Assembly (NCBI GenBank): GCA_003164675.1
Contig: PLTX01000092.1
Coordinates: forward strand, 2,296 to 66,295
Source: Verrucomicrobiota bacterium
GTDB taxonomy: Bacteria; Verrucomicrobiota; Verrucomicrobiia; Palsa-1439
Direction: 5' to 3'
Length of the DNA stretch: 64,000 nt
The first letter of the stretch is position 1. Every line of letters begins with the position of its first letter. Shown here one piece after another: positions 1-9,490 of the stretch. The notes below the pieces were generated by a model that saw nothing but the letters and a program-made list of their open reading frames with translations, did no database searches and was not told where the DNA came from. A program made the position numbers and the translations under genes.

Positions 1-542
1 TTATTAACCCGTTATGTTTCTATCTATCGCCGGTGGCATTGCTGGTGGTGTTTTTTTATTCGTTCACGAAACGATTCACGGATTTCTCACACGTGTTTCT
101 GGGACTGTCTTTGGGGATTGCACCACTCGGCGCGTGGCTGGCGGTGCGCGGACAGTTCGATTGGCCGCCGTGCGTGCTGGCGGGGGCCGTGGTGTTTTGG
201 TTGGTGGGATTCGACATTATTTACGCGACGCAGGATTACGAGTTTGACAAGTCGCAGGGGTTGCACTCGTTGCCGGCACGGCTGGGGATTGCGGGCAGCC
301 TGCAGACAGCGCAGGCGGCGCACGGGGTCACGGCGGTTTTGTTGCTGGCTTTCGGGTTGATTTCACATCTTCGCGTGCCATACTATTTTGGGTTGGCGAC
401 TATTCTGGTTTGTCTTGTCACGCAGCACGTACTGGCAAGAAAACAGGATCCCGTCAGCCTGAATGCGGCGTTTTTTCGGATGAATGCGATCATTAGCACC
501 GTGTTTCTCGGGGCAGTTGTGGTGGATGTGGTTTGGCGATGA
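1..542 (+). CDS. UbiA-family polyprenyltransferase, left-truncated (probably the menaquinone/futalosine-pathway prenyltransferase, MqnP-like)
   Basis: Frame is open from position 3. Membrane protein carrying the second Asp-rich UbiA motif (YATQDYEFDKSQG). Sits immediately upstream of the mqn radical-SAM genes; stop overlaps the next start (ATGA). Confidence 0.6.
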   Translation, partial: INPLCFYLSPVALLVVFFYSFTKRFTDFSHVFLGLSLGIAPLGAWLAVRGQFDWPPCVLAGAVVFWLVGFDIIYATQDYEFDKSQGLHSLPARLGIAGSLQTAQAAHGVTAVLLLAFGLISHLRVPYYFGLATILVCLVTQHVLARKQDPVSLNAAFFRMNAIISTVFLGAVVVDVVWR

Positions 543-1741
543 ACAAATTGATCGAGCGGTCGGAGTTGCGGGACATTTGGGAGAAGGTTGACGCGGGACA
601 ACGTATCACCGAGGACGATTGTGCGCGGTTGTACCGCTCTCAGGATCTGGCCGCGATTGGCGCGATGGCAAACACGGTGCGCGAGCGCAAGAACAGCAAC
701 GTGGCGTACTACGTTCTCAATCGCCACATTAATTACTCCAACCTCTGCATTCTCGACTGCGATTTTTGCGCGTTCTATCGGCGGCGGCGCGATGCCGGTG
801 CCTACGAATACAACCTGCCGCAGATGATCGAGAAAGCGCAGGAGGCGCTCCAGCAAGGCATCACCGAGATTCACATCGTTGGCGGGCTGCATCCATCTTT
901 CAAATGGGACTATTACGTCGAGATGCTGCGATCGCTGAAGGCGCTCGACCCAAAACTGCATTTGAAGGCGTTCACAGCGATTGAGATCCTGCACCTCTCA
1001 TGGGTGGGCAAACGGAGTGTGCTGGAAACGCTGGCGGCATTGCGGGAAGCAGGACTCGGCTCGCTGACAGGCGGTGGGGCGGAAATTTTTGACCCCGAAG
1101 TTCGCAGCGTGATTTGTCACGCGAAGGAGTCCGCTGAGGAATGGGCCGATGTCCATCGCACGTGGCACAAGATGGGGGGGCGCTCGACCTGCACGATGCT
1201 GATCGGTCACGTGGAGAAAAACCATCATCGCGTGGACCATTTGCGGCGGTTGCGCGAACTGCAGGACGAGACCAACGGATTTACGGCGTTCGTGACACTG
1301 GCCTTTCATCCCGAGAACACGAAATTACCGCACCTGCCCGGGCCAAGCGGTTACGACATGCTCAAGACACTCGCGATCGCCCGCATTTACCTCGACAATA
1401 TCGACCACATCAAGGCGTACTGGATTCTCATGGGCATGAAACTGGCCCAAGTGTCATTGAGCTACGGTGTTGACGACCTTGACGGCACCGTTATCGAGGA
1501 GAAGATTTACCACATGGCCGGCGCGAAGACCCCGCAAGAAGTGGCGCGGGAAGAATTGGTAAAGGCGATCCGCGAAGCGGGACGAGAACCGGTCCAGCGA
1601 GACAGTTTGTATCGACCGGTCGTCCAGAAAGGTGGTGGCGGAGAGATGCGGGATGATCACGGGGCCGGCGCGCCCGGCGGTCATGCCCTGCCTGCGGCTT
1701 CAGCTTGTGTGGGCGCAAGCAACGAAGGAGGGGCAGCGTGA
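539..1741 (+). CDS. Radical SAM enzyme of the MqnE/MqnC family (aminodeoxyfutalosine synthase-like), with a Gly/Ala-rich C-terminal tail
   Basis: CxxxCxxC cluster (CILDCDFCAF). N-terminal region typical of MqnC/MqnE. Adjacent to mqnA and the UbiA-like gene. Cannot tell MqnE from MqnC on sequence alone. Confidence 0.7.
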   Translation: MNKLIERSELRDIWEKVDAGQRITEDDCARLYRSQDLAAIGAMANTVRERKNSNVAYYVLNRHINYSNLCILDCDFCAFYRRRRDAGAYEYNLPQMIEKAQEALQQGITEIHIVGGLHPSFKWDYYVEMLRSLKALDPKLHLKAFTAIEILHLSWVGKRSVLETLAALREAGLGSLTGGGAEIFDPEVRSVICHAKESAEEWADVHRTWHKMGGRSTCTMLIGHVEKNHHRVDHLRRLRELQDETNGFTAFVTLAFHPENTKLPHLPGPSGYDMLKTLAIARIYLDNIDHIKAYWILMGMKLAQVSLSYGVDDLDGTVIEEKIYHMAGAKTPQEVAREELVKAIREAGREPVQRDSLYRPVVQKGGGGEMRDDHGAGAPGGHALPAASACVGASNEGGAA

Positions 1742-2505
1742 CCACAAAACCACGCATTGGAGGCATCTCGTATCTGAATGTGCGGCCGCTGGTGTATGGC
1801 ATTGAAGATCAAATAGGCTACTGCGAGCCGTCGCGACTGGCGGACCTGATGTATCGGAAGCAGTTCGACGTGGGGATCGTGCCCATTGCGGAAGCGCTGC
1901 TGCACGACCAGTACGACGTGCTTGATGGGATTGCAATCGCGGCGCGCGGGGCTGTGCGCAGCGTGTTCCTGACGCACCGCGTGCCACTGGAGAAGATCCA
2001 GCGTGTAGCGGTGACACCAGCGTCGCGTACGTCCGTGTGGTTGCTCCGCGTGTTGTTGAAGGTGGGATACCATATCGAGCCGGAGTTCTATCCGCGACCA
2101 CCTGGAGCAAAGCTGAGCGATCACGAGGCGATGTTGCTGATCGGTGACGAAGCGATTTGGTACGCGACGCGCAACGGGAAACAGCCACTGTGGGACCTCG
2201 GCGCGGCATGGGTGGAGATGACGGGATTACCATTCGTATTTGCCGCGTGGGCGTTTCAGCGCGACGTGGAGAAGGCGGAACTGGCGGGGCTTCTGCGTAG
2301 CGCGAAGGCCAACGGGCTGGCGCATATCGAGCAGATTGTGCAGGATGCGACCGAAGCCACGCCGGAATTTCTTCGCGACTATTACTCGAACTGCGTCTGG
2401 TATAATTTGGGGGATGACGAGAAACAGGGGATTCGACGGTTCCAACAATACTTGAAGGAAATGGGATTGGTGAGCAGCAGTCATGATCTACGATACGTCC
2501 CTTGA
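1738..2505 (+). CDS. mqnA: Chorismate dehydratase MqnA (futalosine pathway; MqnA/MqnD fold)
   Basis: GISYLNVRPL motif near the N-terminus and an MqnA/MqnD-family periplasmic-binding-protein-like sequence. GTG start overlaps the upstream stop. Confidence 0.6.
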   Translation: MTTKPRIGGISYLNVRPLVYGIEDQIGYCEPSRLADLMYRKQFDVGIVPIAEALLHDQYDVLDGIAIAARGAVRSVFLTHRVPLEKIQRVAVTPASRTSVWLLRVLLKVGYHIEPEFYPRPPGAKLSDHEAMLLIGDEAIWYATRNGKQPLWDLGAAWVEMTGLPFVFAAWAFQRDVEKAELAGLLRSAKANGLAHIEQIVQDATEATPEFLRDYYSNCVWYNLGDDEKQGIRRFQQYLKEMGLVSSSHDLRYVP

Positions 2506-3556
2506 CATTATCCAGGGCAAGGTGCTTGACGGCGTACGGATCTCAGGCGAGGAAGCAGTGCGGCTGTATCAGGCGCTGACGTTATCCGAATTGGGCACGC
2601 TGGCTGACGTCGTGCGCGAACGGAAGCATCCGGAACGAAAAGTCACGTACATCATCGACCGCAATATCAACTACACGAACGTGTGCGATGTGTACTGCAC
2701 ATTTTGTGCGTTCATGCGTGAAGAGCGGGACGACGATTCGTACGTGCTCACACCCGAGCAGGTGGGCGCGAAGATTCAGGAACTCGTGGCCATTGGCGGC
2801 GTGCAGATCTTGATGCAGGGCGGTCACCATCCCAAGCTTGGGATCGATTACTATCTGAACTTGTTGCAGTACATCCGTCGCAATTTCCCACAGGTGAATA
2901 TCCACGGCTTTTCGCCGCCCGAATTCAATCACTTTGCCGAGGTGTTCCAGATGTCGGTGGAAGAAGTGATTCGACGTTTCAAGGAAGCGGGACTCGGCTC
3001 GATTCCCGGCGGCGGGGGCGAGATCCTGGTGGACCGCGTACGCCGGCGCATTTCGCCGCTCAAGTGCATGAGCGACGAATGGCTGCGCGTGATGGAGATC
3101 GCGCACGGGATGGGATTGAACTCATCGGCGACGATGATGTTCGGGCACGTGGAGACTATTGAAGACCGTGTCGAGCACCTGCAACGGCTGCGCGACCTGC
3201 AGGACCGCACGCACGGGTTTACCGCCTTCATTTGCTGGTCCTTCCAGAGCGAGAACACGCGGCTCAAGGTGCCATCGGTTGGCGCGCATGAGTATCTGCG
3301 GATGCAGGCATTGGCGCGAATCTTTCTTGATAATTTTGACAACGTGCAATCCAGTTGGGTGACGCAAGGGCCGCAAATCGGGCAGGTCGCGCTCAAGTTC
3401 GGCGCGAATGATTTTGGCAGCGTGATGATGGAAGAGAATGTCGTGTCGCAGGCCGGGGCGACATTCCGCATCGACGAGGCCACAATGCAGCGATTGGTTC
3501 GCGAGATGGGATATGAGCCGCATCGCCGCAACAATTGGTATCAACTGTTGAATTAG
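2483..3556 (+). CDS. Radical SAM enzyme of the MqnC/MqnE family (second paralog)
   Basis: CDVYCTFCAF radical-SAM motif. Paralogous to the 539-1741 protein. Same operon. Confidence 0.7.
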   Translation: MIYDTSLDIIQGKVLDGVRISGEEAVRLYQALTLSELGTLADVVRERKHPERKVTYIIDRNINYTNVCDVYCTFCAFMREERDDDSYVLTPEQVGAKIQELVAIGGVQILMQGGHHPKLGIDYYLNLLQYIRRNFPQVNIHGFSPPEFNHFAEVFQMSVEEVIRRFKEAGLGSIPGGGGEILVDRVRRRISPLKCMSDEWLRVMEIAHGMGLNSSATMMFGHVETIEDRVEHLQRLRDLQDRTHGFTAFICWSFQSENTRLKVPSVGAHEYLRMQALARIFLDNFDNVQSSWVTQGPQIGQVALKFGANDFGSVMMEENVVSQAGATFRIDEATMQRLVREMGYEPHRRNNWYQLLN

Positions 3557-3571
3557 GAAGAGACACACTGG

Positions 3572-4207
3572 ATGGACAAGATCAAGACGATCCTGCTGTT
3601 TGGGGCCCCGGGCAGCGGCAAGGGGACGCAAGGCAAGATGCTGGGGACGTTGCCCGGCTTTCGCCATCTCGCATGCGGTGACGTGTTTCGCTCGATTGAC
3701 CTCAACAGTGAGGTCGGCAAGGTGTTCCTGCAGTACTCGAGCAAGGGCAAACTCGTTCCCGACGACTTCACGGTGCGATTATGGCGGGAGCACATCGGCA
3801 AGCTGATTCACACGGGCGCGTTCCGGCCCGAAAGCACCGTGTTGATACTGGACGGCATTCCGCGCAACGTGCACCAAGCGACGATGCTCGATCAATACAT
3901 CGAAGTGGTGAAGTTGATTGCCTTGCGCGCGACGCATGATCGCGAAGAAATGATCCGCCGGCTGAAGTCTCGCGCCCTGAAGGAAAACCGTCTCGACGAT
4001 GCCAGTGAGAAGACGATCCAGCATCGTCTGGACGTTTACGATATGGAATCGCGGCCGGTACTTGCGTGTTATCCAAAGGAGGTACGCGTGGATGTCGATG
4101 CCCTCCAGACACCTATCGAAGTGGCACACGACATTCTGAGCGCGATTCTCGGTCGCTTGCAGGAAATGCGCGAAGTGCCGCCACCTGCAATGGCGGAAAA
4201 GAGCTAA
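3572..4207 (+). CDS. adk: Adenylate kinase family protein (short form, no zinc LID)
   Basis: P-loop GAPGSGKGTQ, ILDGIPRNVHQA (NMP-binding region), and RLDD and PVL motifs. Preceded by GGAAGAG, a likely ribosome-binding site. Confidence 0.55.
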   Translation: MDKIKTILLFGAPGSGKGTQGKMLGTLPGFRHLACGDVFRSIDLNSEVGKVFLQYSSKGKLVPDDFTVRLWREHIGKLIHTGAFRPESTVLILDGIPRNVHQATMLDQYIEVVKLIALRATHDREEMIRRLKSRALKENRLDDASEKTIQHRLDVYDMESRPVLACYPKEVRVDVDALQTPIEVAHDILSAILGRLQEMREVPPPAMAEKS

Positions 4208-4444
4208 CCGTTCATTCATAGCGCATCTTATGGTGGCGCAACACCTTGCGCTTGACGCAGTAGTCGTTTTGATTCAGGCTGCCGCATCGCAGTGGACGTT
4301 ACAGCAACCTGTAACCGTGGATGGTGTTAAACAGTCTGTAATCAAGCAAAGGACAATCGGGGATGTGTTCTGTTGTAAGGCAGGACAAGGCGCTCGGGGC
4401 ATCTCCGATGGAAATCATATCCGGGCCGATTCGGAGGACAGACG

Positions 4445-5173
4445 ATGAAGATGAGGATGTGTTTAGCGGTTGGTGCAGTGACCGCGATCATGGGAGGGAC
4501 TGGTGCCTTCGCGGCGGAAACGAATCACATATTTCGGACGCCAGCGGCATTCAAGGGAGTGATCCAGGGCGTGGTCGGAGGTAAGCCGGCGTACGAGTTT
4601 CAAGACTTCATCGGGGCCGATCTGGTGAATCTCGCGCTCGGCACGCCCATCGGCACGGTGCGCACCAACGAAGTGCTCGCGCTGGAAGTTGCCTGCGACA
4701 GCGGCAGCGCAGAATTGGTTGTTTTTGACAAGGCGACCGGCAGCAACCTTGTCACGATCGCCACCAGCTCGAAGATCACCGTTGTCCAGCAGCAGAGCGA
4801 AGCCAGCGCCGCGTTCCCAGACCGTGAGCGGTTCGCGACAGAAATGGTCGTTGCCGCCGTTGGCAGCAGCACCAATGCATTGCTGAGCGGCTTCCTGGAC
4901 ATGGCGGGCCGTCTGTATCTCAATCCGACGAACGGCTGCCCGCGAGCCGTGCTGGTGGACACGGATCGTAAGCAGGACAGTGCCTGTGGCGACCCCAAGG
5001 CAGTCACGGACACGATTGATAAGAACCTCAACAAAGTCAAAGGTCTTGCGAAGTTTGCGGGCCGCGGGCACTTCCACGGCGCATTCGACGCTATCATTGC
5101 GGACCAGACAAACACGGTGGTCGTACCAGACGGATCGCTCAGCATCGACCGTCAACTCGCTACGTCTCCGTAG
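4445..5173 (+). CDS. Hypothetical secreted protein (signal peptide, no recognisable domain)
   Basis: N-terminal hydrophobic signal peptide (LAVGAVTAIMGGTGAFA). Balanced composition, whereas the antisense frame is Arg-rich junk. Followed by a strong intrinsic terminator. Confidence 0.5.
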   Translation: MKMRMCLAVGAVTAIMGGTGAFAAETNHIFRTPAAFKGVIQGVVGGKPAYEFQDFIGADLVNLALGTPIGTVRTNEVLALEVACDSGSAELVVFDKATGSNLVTIATSSKITVVQQQSEASAAFPDRERFATEMVVAAVGSSTNALLSGFLDMAGRLYLNPTNGCPRAVLVDTDRKQDSACGDPKAVTDTIDKNLNKVKGLAKFAGRGHFHGAFDAIIADQTNTVVVPDGSLSIDRQLATSP

Positions 5174-5201
5174 TCTCTGACACAGAAGTTATTTGCACAG
5201 G

Positions 5202-5238
5202 ACGGGCAGGCGTTGCGGCGTCTGCCCGTTTTGTTTTG
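5202..5238 (+). terminator. Rho-independent terminator
   Basis: ACGGGCAGGCG-TTGCGG-CGTCTGCCCGT hairpin (about 11-bp stem) followed by TTTTGTTTT. Confidence 0.6.
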
Positions 5239-5290
5239 CTCGCGCACTTGTGTTCAACCACTGGCTCTGCTAGTGCTGACGAAAGCAAAC

Positions 5291-6208
5291 ATGCGCATCG
5301 CATTCATGGGAACCGCAGAACTGGCCGTCCCGTGCCTCGAAGCCGTGGCGAAAATGCCCGGCCACGAGGTCGTCGCCGTTGTCACCCAGCCCGATCGCCC
5401 GAAAGGCCGTGACCTCAAGCCGTCGCCGCCACCCGTGAAAGTCGCCGCCGAACGCCTCGGGTTTCCCGTTCAGCAACCGCTGAAAATCCGCGAGCCGGCG
5501 GCGATTGATTCCGTGCGCGCCATGCGGCCTGATCTCGTCATCATCGTCGCGTACGGACAAATTCTTCCGAAATCGGTTCTGGAAATCCCGCGCTTCGGAT
5601 GCGTAAACGTCCACACGTCGTTACTGCCACGCTGGCGTGGGGCTGCGCCGATCCAACACGCCATTCTCCACGGCGATCGCGAAACGGGAGTCACCACGAT
5701 GTACATCGACGAACACATGGACACCGGTGACATTATTCTGCAGCGGTCGGAACCCATTCGCGCTGACGACACCAGCGCTACGCTACACGACCGTCTGGCG
5801 AAACTTGGGGCCGAGTTGCTCGTGGAAACGGTCGCGCAGGTCGCCGAGGGAAAAGCCCCGCGGGCGAAACAAGACGAGATCTCCGCCACCTATGCGAAGA
5901 AGATTGCGAAAGAAGATGGACGCGTCGACTGGACGCGTTCCGCTATCGAGATCGAGCGGCAAGTGCGCGCGTTCAATCCATGGCCGAGCGCCTACACGCA
6001 GTTGGGCGACCTGATGTTGAAAATCTGGAAAGCTGAGGTCGTCGAGAACGTCATCGGCAACCCGGGCGAAGTCCTTGCTGATTTCGTCGTCGCCACCGGC
6101 CGCGGCGGCCTACGCATCCTCGAACTCCAACCCGCCAATAGTAAGCGCATGGCTGTTGATGCGTTTTTGCGAGGGCACCCGGTCAAGTGCGGGACTGTGA
6201 TGGGGTAG
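5291..6208 (+). CDS. fmt: Methionyl-tRNA formyltransferase
   Basis: MRIAFMGTAE...VVTQPDRPKGR...NVHTSLLPRWRGAAPIQ: canonical Fmt motifs. Confidence 0.85.
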   Translation: MRIAFMGTAELAVPCLEAVAKMPGHEVVAVVTQPDRPKGRDLKPSPPPVKVAAERLGFPVQQPLKIREPAAIDSVRAMRPDLVIIVAYGQILPKSVLEIPRFGCVNVHTSLLPRWRGAAPIQHAILHGDRETGVTTMYIDEHMDTGDIILQRSEPIRADDTSATLHDRLAKLGAELLVETVAQVAEGKAPRAKQDEISATYAKKIAKEDGRVDWTRSAIEIERQVRAFNPWPSAYTQLGDLMLKIWKAEVVENVIGNPGEVLADFVVATGRGGLRILELQPANSKRMAVDAFLRGHPVKCGTVMG

Positions 6209-6249
6209 TCGGCGACATGCTTCTCGGGCCGGTGCCGTAACCAGTCGGC

Positions 6250-8328
6250 TTGCGCATCGGGTGGGGACGGCTACAATGGCGGGCGATGCAGACCGCTTCG
6301 GATCGTGACGGATTCAGCTGGCTTCGCCCGGAATTCAAACGACTTCTCGCCATTCTTTGGGTCGTTGGGCTGGCTCTCGTTTATCTGATCCGCTGTGGCG
6401 CCTGGGTGCTGCCGTTGCAGCTTGCGGCAATCATCAACACGTCGATGCCTGCGCTTTGCGTTGGCCCGCACTTCCGTGAATTCTGGACTGCGCGGATGTA
6501 TGACGTCGGATGCGTTGTCGCCATTGTGGCCGCGTCGCTGGGTTTGGGCGCAATGGTGGCAGGCCGGCTGATTACCCGTCGAGACGTGCTCGGCATGCTG
6601 TTTGCGCTGGGGGTTGGTCTTTGGTTTCTGGCGGTGCTGGTACTCGTCACAGGGGCAGCATCCATTGCGAAAGTCCCGTACACGTTTCTGACACTGGCAT
6701 GCTGGCTTTTGCCAGCACCGAGGAAATTTGTTGGCGATTTTTATGTGTCAACGGAATGCACCGACAGTTGGGCGAAGCTGATGCTCGCATGCATCCTCCT
6801 TGCCGCCGCGCTCAATCTCGCGGGCGCGCTGGCGCCGCCGTTCGAGTATGACGAACTCGAATACCACCTCGGCGCGCTGGCGGACTACCAACGCGCAGGC
6901 CGTATCGTGTTCCTGCCGCACAATTTCTACTCGAACATGCCGCAGTTGGCCGAAATGTTGTATCTGCTGGCGAGGACGACGACGTCGGATATCGCGGCGA
7001 AACTATTGCATTGGTTGTTCGGCCTGCTTGCTGCGGCGGCGGTATATGGTATAGCGCAACGGCTCTGGTCGAAGTCGGCGGGACTGACGGCTGCGGCACT
7101 GTTCTATTGCACGCCATTCATGCAGGAACTTGGCCAGACGGCGCGGATCGATCTGGCGACGGCGTTCTTCGCGACTCTGGCGTTCGGGGCTCTCGTGTTG
7201 TGGGTGGAGGAAGAAGAGAAGAGGGACCTTCTATGGCTGTCGGCCCTTGGCGTTGGCGGGGCGGTGGCAACGAAATGGCCAGCGCTTGCGGTGGTGTTGT
7301 TTCCTGCGGCAGCAGGATTGGTTTTTCGTCGGAAGTATCGTTTGCTCGCCGGGTTCTGCCTGGTCACGGTCGCCATGGTCGCGCCATGGTTGGTGAAGAA
7401 CTGGCTGCTGACGGGCAACCCGGTGTATCCGTTGTTATATCGGTGGTTCCCAAACCCGCATTGGAGCGCAGGACAGGCGCTGGTATTCTCGGAGAGACAC
7501 GCGCCGACGTTTGGATTGGCGACCGTTGGGGAATTGTTTACGCTGCCGTGGAAGTATTCGTTCGTCGAAGCCGGAGCGGTCCCATTGTTGCTGCTGACGA
7601 TGCCGCTGCTGCTTTTGGTCCCGCGTGCGGAACCAGCGGCAAGACGTGCCGGATGGTTGTTCGTGGGCTCGTACGCGGGGTGGTTTTGTTTCACGTTTCG
7701 ACCGTGGCGGTTCTTGTTTCCGGCATTTGGTGTGGGAGCAGTCACCGCCGCCTTTGCCATGGAGAAACTGGGTCGGGATGCAATGGTGCGAATCACGACG
7801 CGCGTTTCCGTCGGACTTGTGATGGCGGCCAGCCTCGCGTCGCTGGCGTTGAATGATTTGGTGGACACGTCGAACCCACAACGTGTGCCGCCGCAGTTCA
7901 GTTTTGTGCAATATGACCTTGGTCAGTTTACAAGCGATGAGTTTCTCGCGCGCGTCGGCAACGGAGTATTGGAGCCGACCCTTTGGATGAATGAACATCT
8001 GCCCGCTGATGCCAAGGTGCTCTACGTCGGAGAAGCCCGCGCATATTATGCAAAGCAATTGGTCGTGTATAGCACGGCGTTTGATCAGAATCCGTTGACG
8101 GCGATGTCGCGTGCGGCGAAGACGCCCGAAGAACTGCTAGCGGCGTTGCAGGCGCAAGGAATCACCCACGTCTACGTGAATTATTCGGAGTTGGATCGCC
8201 TGCGGCATGGCTATGATTATATGAGGGAGGCAAATTGGAGTCTGATTCAAGAGGCACTGGATCAAGAGCAAATTGCGAAAGCGGTTCACGCCTCCGGGCG
8301 GCGAATCGTGTATGAATTGGAAAAGTAG
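6250..8328 (+). CDS. GT-C fold membrane glycosyltransferase (ArnT/PMT-like), about 690 aa with a C-terminal soluble domain
   Basis: More than 10 predicted transmembrane helices. DELEYH motif in the first extracytoplasmic loop. Large C-terminal periplasmic domain. The true start may be an internal Met. Confidence 0.5.
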   Translation: MRIGWGRLQWRAMQTASDRDGFSWLRPEFKRLLAILWVVGLALVYLIRCGAWVLPLQLAAIINTSMPALCVGPHFREFWTARMYDVGCVVAIVAASLGLGAMVAGRLITRRDVLGMLFALGVGLWFLAVLVLVTGAASIAKVPYTFLTLACWLLPAPRKFVGDFYVSTECTDSWAKLMLACILLAAALNLAGALAPPFEYDELEYHLGALADYQRAGRIVFLPHNFYSNMPQLAEMLYLLARTTTSDIAAKLLHWLFGLLAAAAVYGIAQRLWSKSAGLTAAALFYCTPFMQELGQTARIDLATAFFATLAFGALVLWVEEEEKRDLLWLSALGVGGAVATKWPALAVVLFPAAAGLVFRRKYRLLAGFCLVTVAMVAPWLVKNWLLTGNPVYPLLYRWFPNPHWSAGQALVFSERHAPTFGLATVGELFTLPWKYSFVEAGAVPLLLLTMPLLLLVPRAEPAARRAGWLFVGSYAGWFCFTFRPWRFLFPAFGVGAVTAAFAMEKLGRDAMVRITTRVSVGLVMAASLASLALNDLVDTSNPQRVPPQFSFVQYDLGQFTSDEFLARVGNGVLEPTLWMNEHLPADAKVLYVGEARAYYAKQLVVYSTAFDQNPLTAMSRAAKTPEELLAALQAQGITHVYVNYSELDRLRHGYDYMREANWSLIQEALDQEQIAKAVHASGRRIVYELEK

Positions 8329-8331
8329 GTA

Positions 8332-9489
8332 ATGAGGATTTGTCACGTCATCACGAGATTGATCGTCGGTGGAGCACAGGAGAATACCGTGTCCACGTGC
8401 ATCGGGCTGCGGAAACTCGGCCACGAGGTGGATCTGGTCATCGGTCCGCAGGCCGGACCGGAAGGCTCGCTCTACAATCAGGCGAAGGCTGCGGGTGTGC
8501 CGATCACGATCGTGGATGAGTTGCGACGCACACCGAATCCGTGGCTGGACATGAGCGCGTGCCGCGCCTTGCGACATCTGTTCACGGGCAGGCGATACGC
8601 GGTAGTCCACACGCACAGCGGGAAGGCGGGGCTGGCGGGACGCGTGGCGGCAAGGTTGGCGCGTGTGCCGATCATCGTGCACACCATTCACGGCCCGTCG
8701 TTTTACCGTTACCAGAATCCGGCAGGGAACTGGGCGTTTCGCTGGGCGGAGCAAATTGCCGGCGCCTGCACGACACAGTTTGTGTCAGTTGCGGACGCCA
8801 TGACCGACCAATACCTCGCGGCAGGGATCGGGACGCCGGATCGGTACGTCACGATCCATAGCGGGATGGACATCGATGCTTTTGTGGAGGCGCGCCGTGA
8901 CGATTCCCTGCGCGAATCGCTCGGCATTTCGGAAACCGACCTGGTGGTCGGCAAGATCGCGCGGTTGTTTCGGATGAAGGGGCATGAGTTTCTGTTCGCG
9001 GCGGCGCCACGTATCGTCGCTGCCGTGCCCAACGTGAAGTTTCTGTTGGTCGGCGACGGTATGTACCGCGAGCGTTTTGAGTGGCTGGTCGCGAAAATGG
9101 GGTTGCTGAGTCATTTTGTGTTTGTGGGCCTGGTGCCGCCGCAGGAGATTCCACGCTACATGGCGTCGATGGACCTGCTGGTGCACCTGTCGTTGCGCGA
9201 GGGACTGCCACGAGCGTTGCCCCAAGCGCTGGCATGTGGCAAGCCGGTCGTCGCGTTCGACGTCGATGGGGCGCGCGAGGTGTGCCTCGACGGTGAAACG
9301 GGGTTGCTCGTGCGCGCCGGGGACGTGAACGCACTGGCTGATGCCGTGATTCGGTTGTTGCAGGACGCCGAATTGGCGCATAGAATGGGCGAACAGGGCA
9401 CGGAGTTGGTCAAGGAGCGGTTTTCGGAGGCGCGAATGGTGCAACAACTTGACGAGTTGTACCGGCGGTTGTGGGCCGCGCGACACTGA
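8332..9489 (+). CDS. Glycosyltransferase family 4 (GT-B fold)
   Basis: N-terminal HVITRLIVGGAQ and a C-terminal E-x7-E-type GT4 region (GLPRALPQALACGKPVVAFDVDGAREV). Confidence 0.8.
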   Translation: MRICHVITRLIVGGAQENTVSTCIGLRKLGHEVDLVIGPQAGPEGSLYNQAKAAGVPITIVDELRRTPNPWLDMSACRALRHLFTGRRYAVVHTHSGKAGLAGRVAARLARVPIIVHTIHGPSFYRYQNPAGNWAFRWAEQIAGACTTQFVSVADAMTDQYLAAGIGTPDRYVTIHSGMDIDAFVEARRDDSLRESLGISETDLVVGKIARLFRMKGHEFLFAAAPRIVAAVPNVKFLLVGDGMYRERFEWLVAKMGLLSHFVFVGLVPPQEIPRYMASMDLLVHLSLREGLPRALPQALACGKPVVAFDVDGAREVCLDGETGLLVRAGDVNALADAVIRLLQDAELAHRMGEQGTELVKERFSEARMVQQLDELYRRLWAARH

Positions 9490-9490
9490 C

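Noticed and set aside
14-247. Alternative-frame ORF at the left edge
   Set aside because: The UbiA homology is in the other frame (open from position 3). This frame is a shadow ORF.
4463-5155. 230-aa minus-strand ORF antisense to the secreted-protein gene. Similar long antisense ORFs occur within clpB (46449-48260, 46906-48663), bamA, ftsI and elsewhere.
   Set aside because: It has the Arg/Ala-rich composition typical of spurious antisense frames in high-GC DNA. The sense-strand genes have clear homology or signal peptides.
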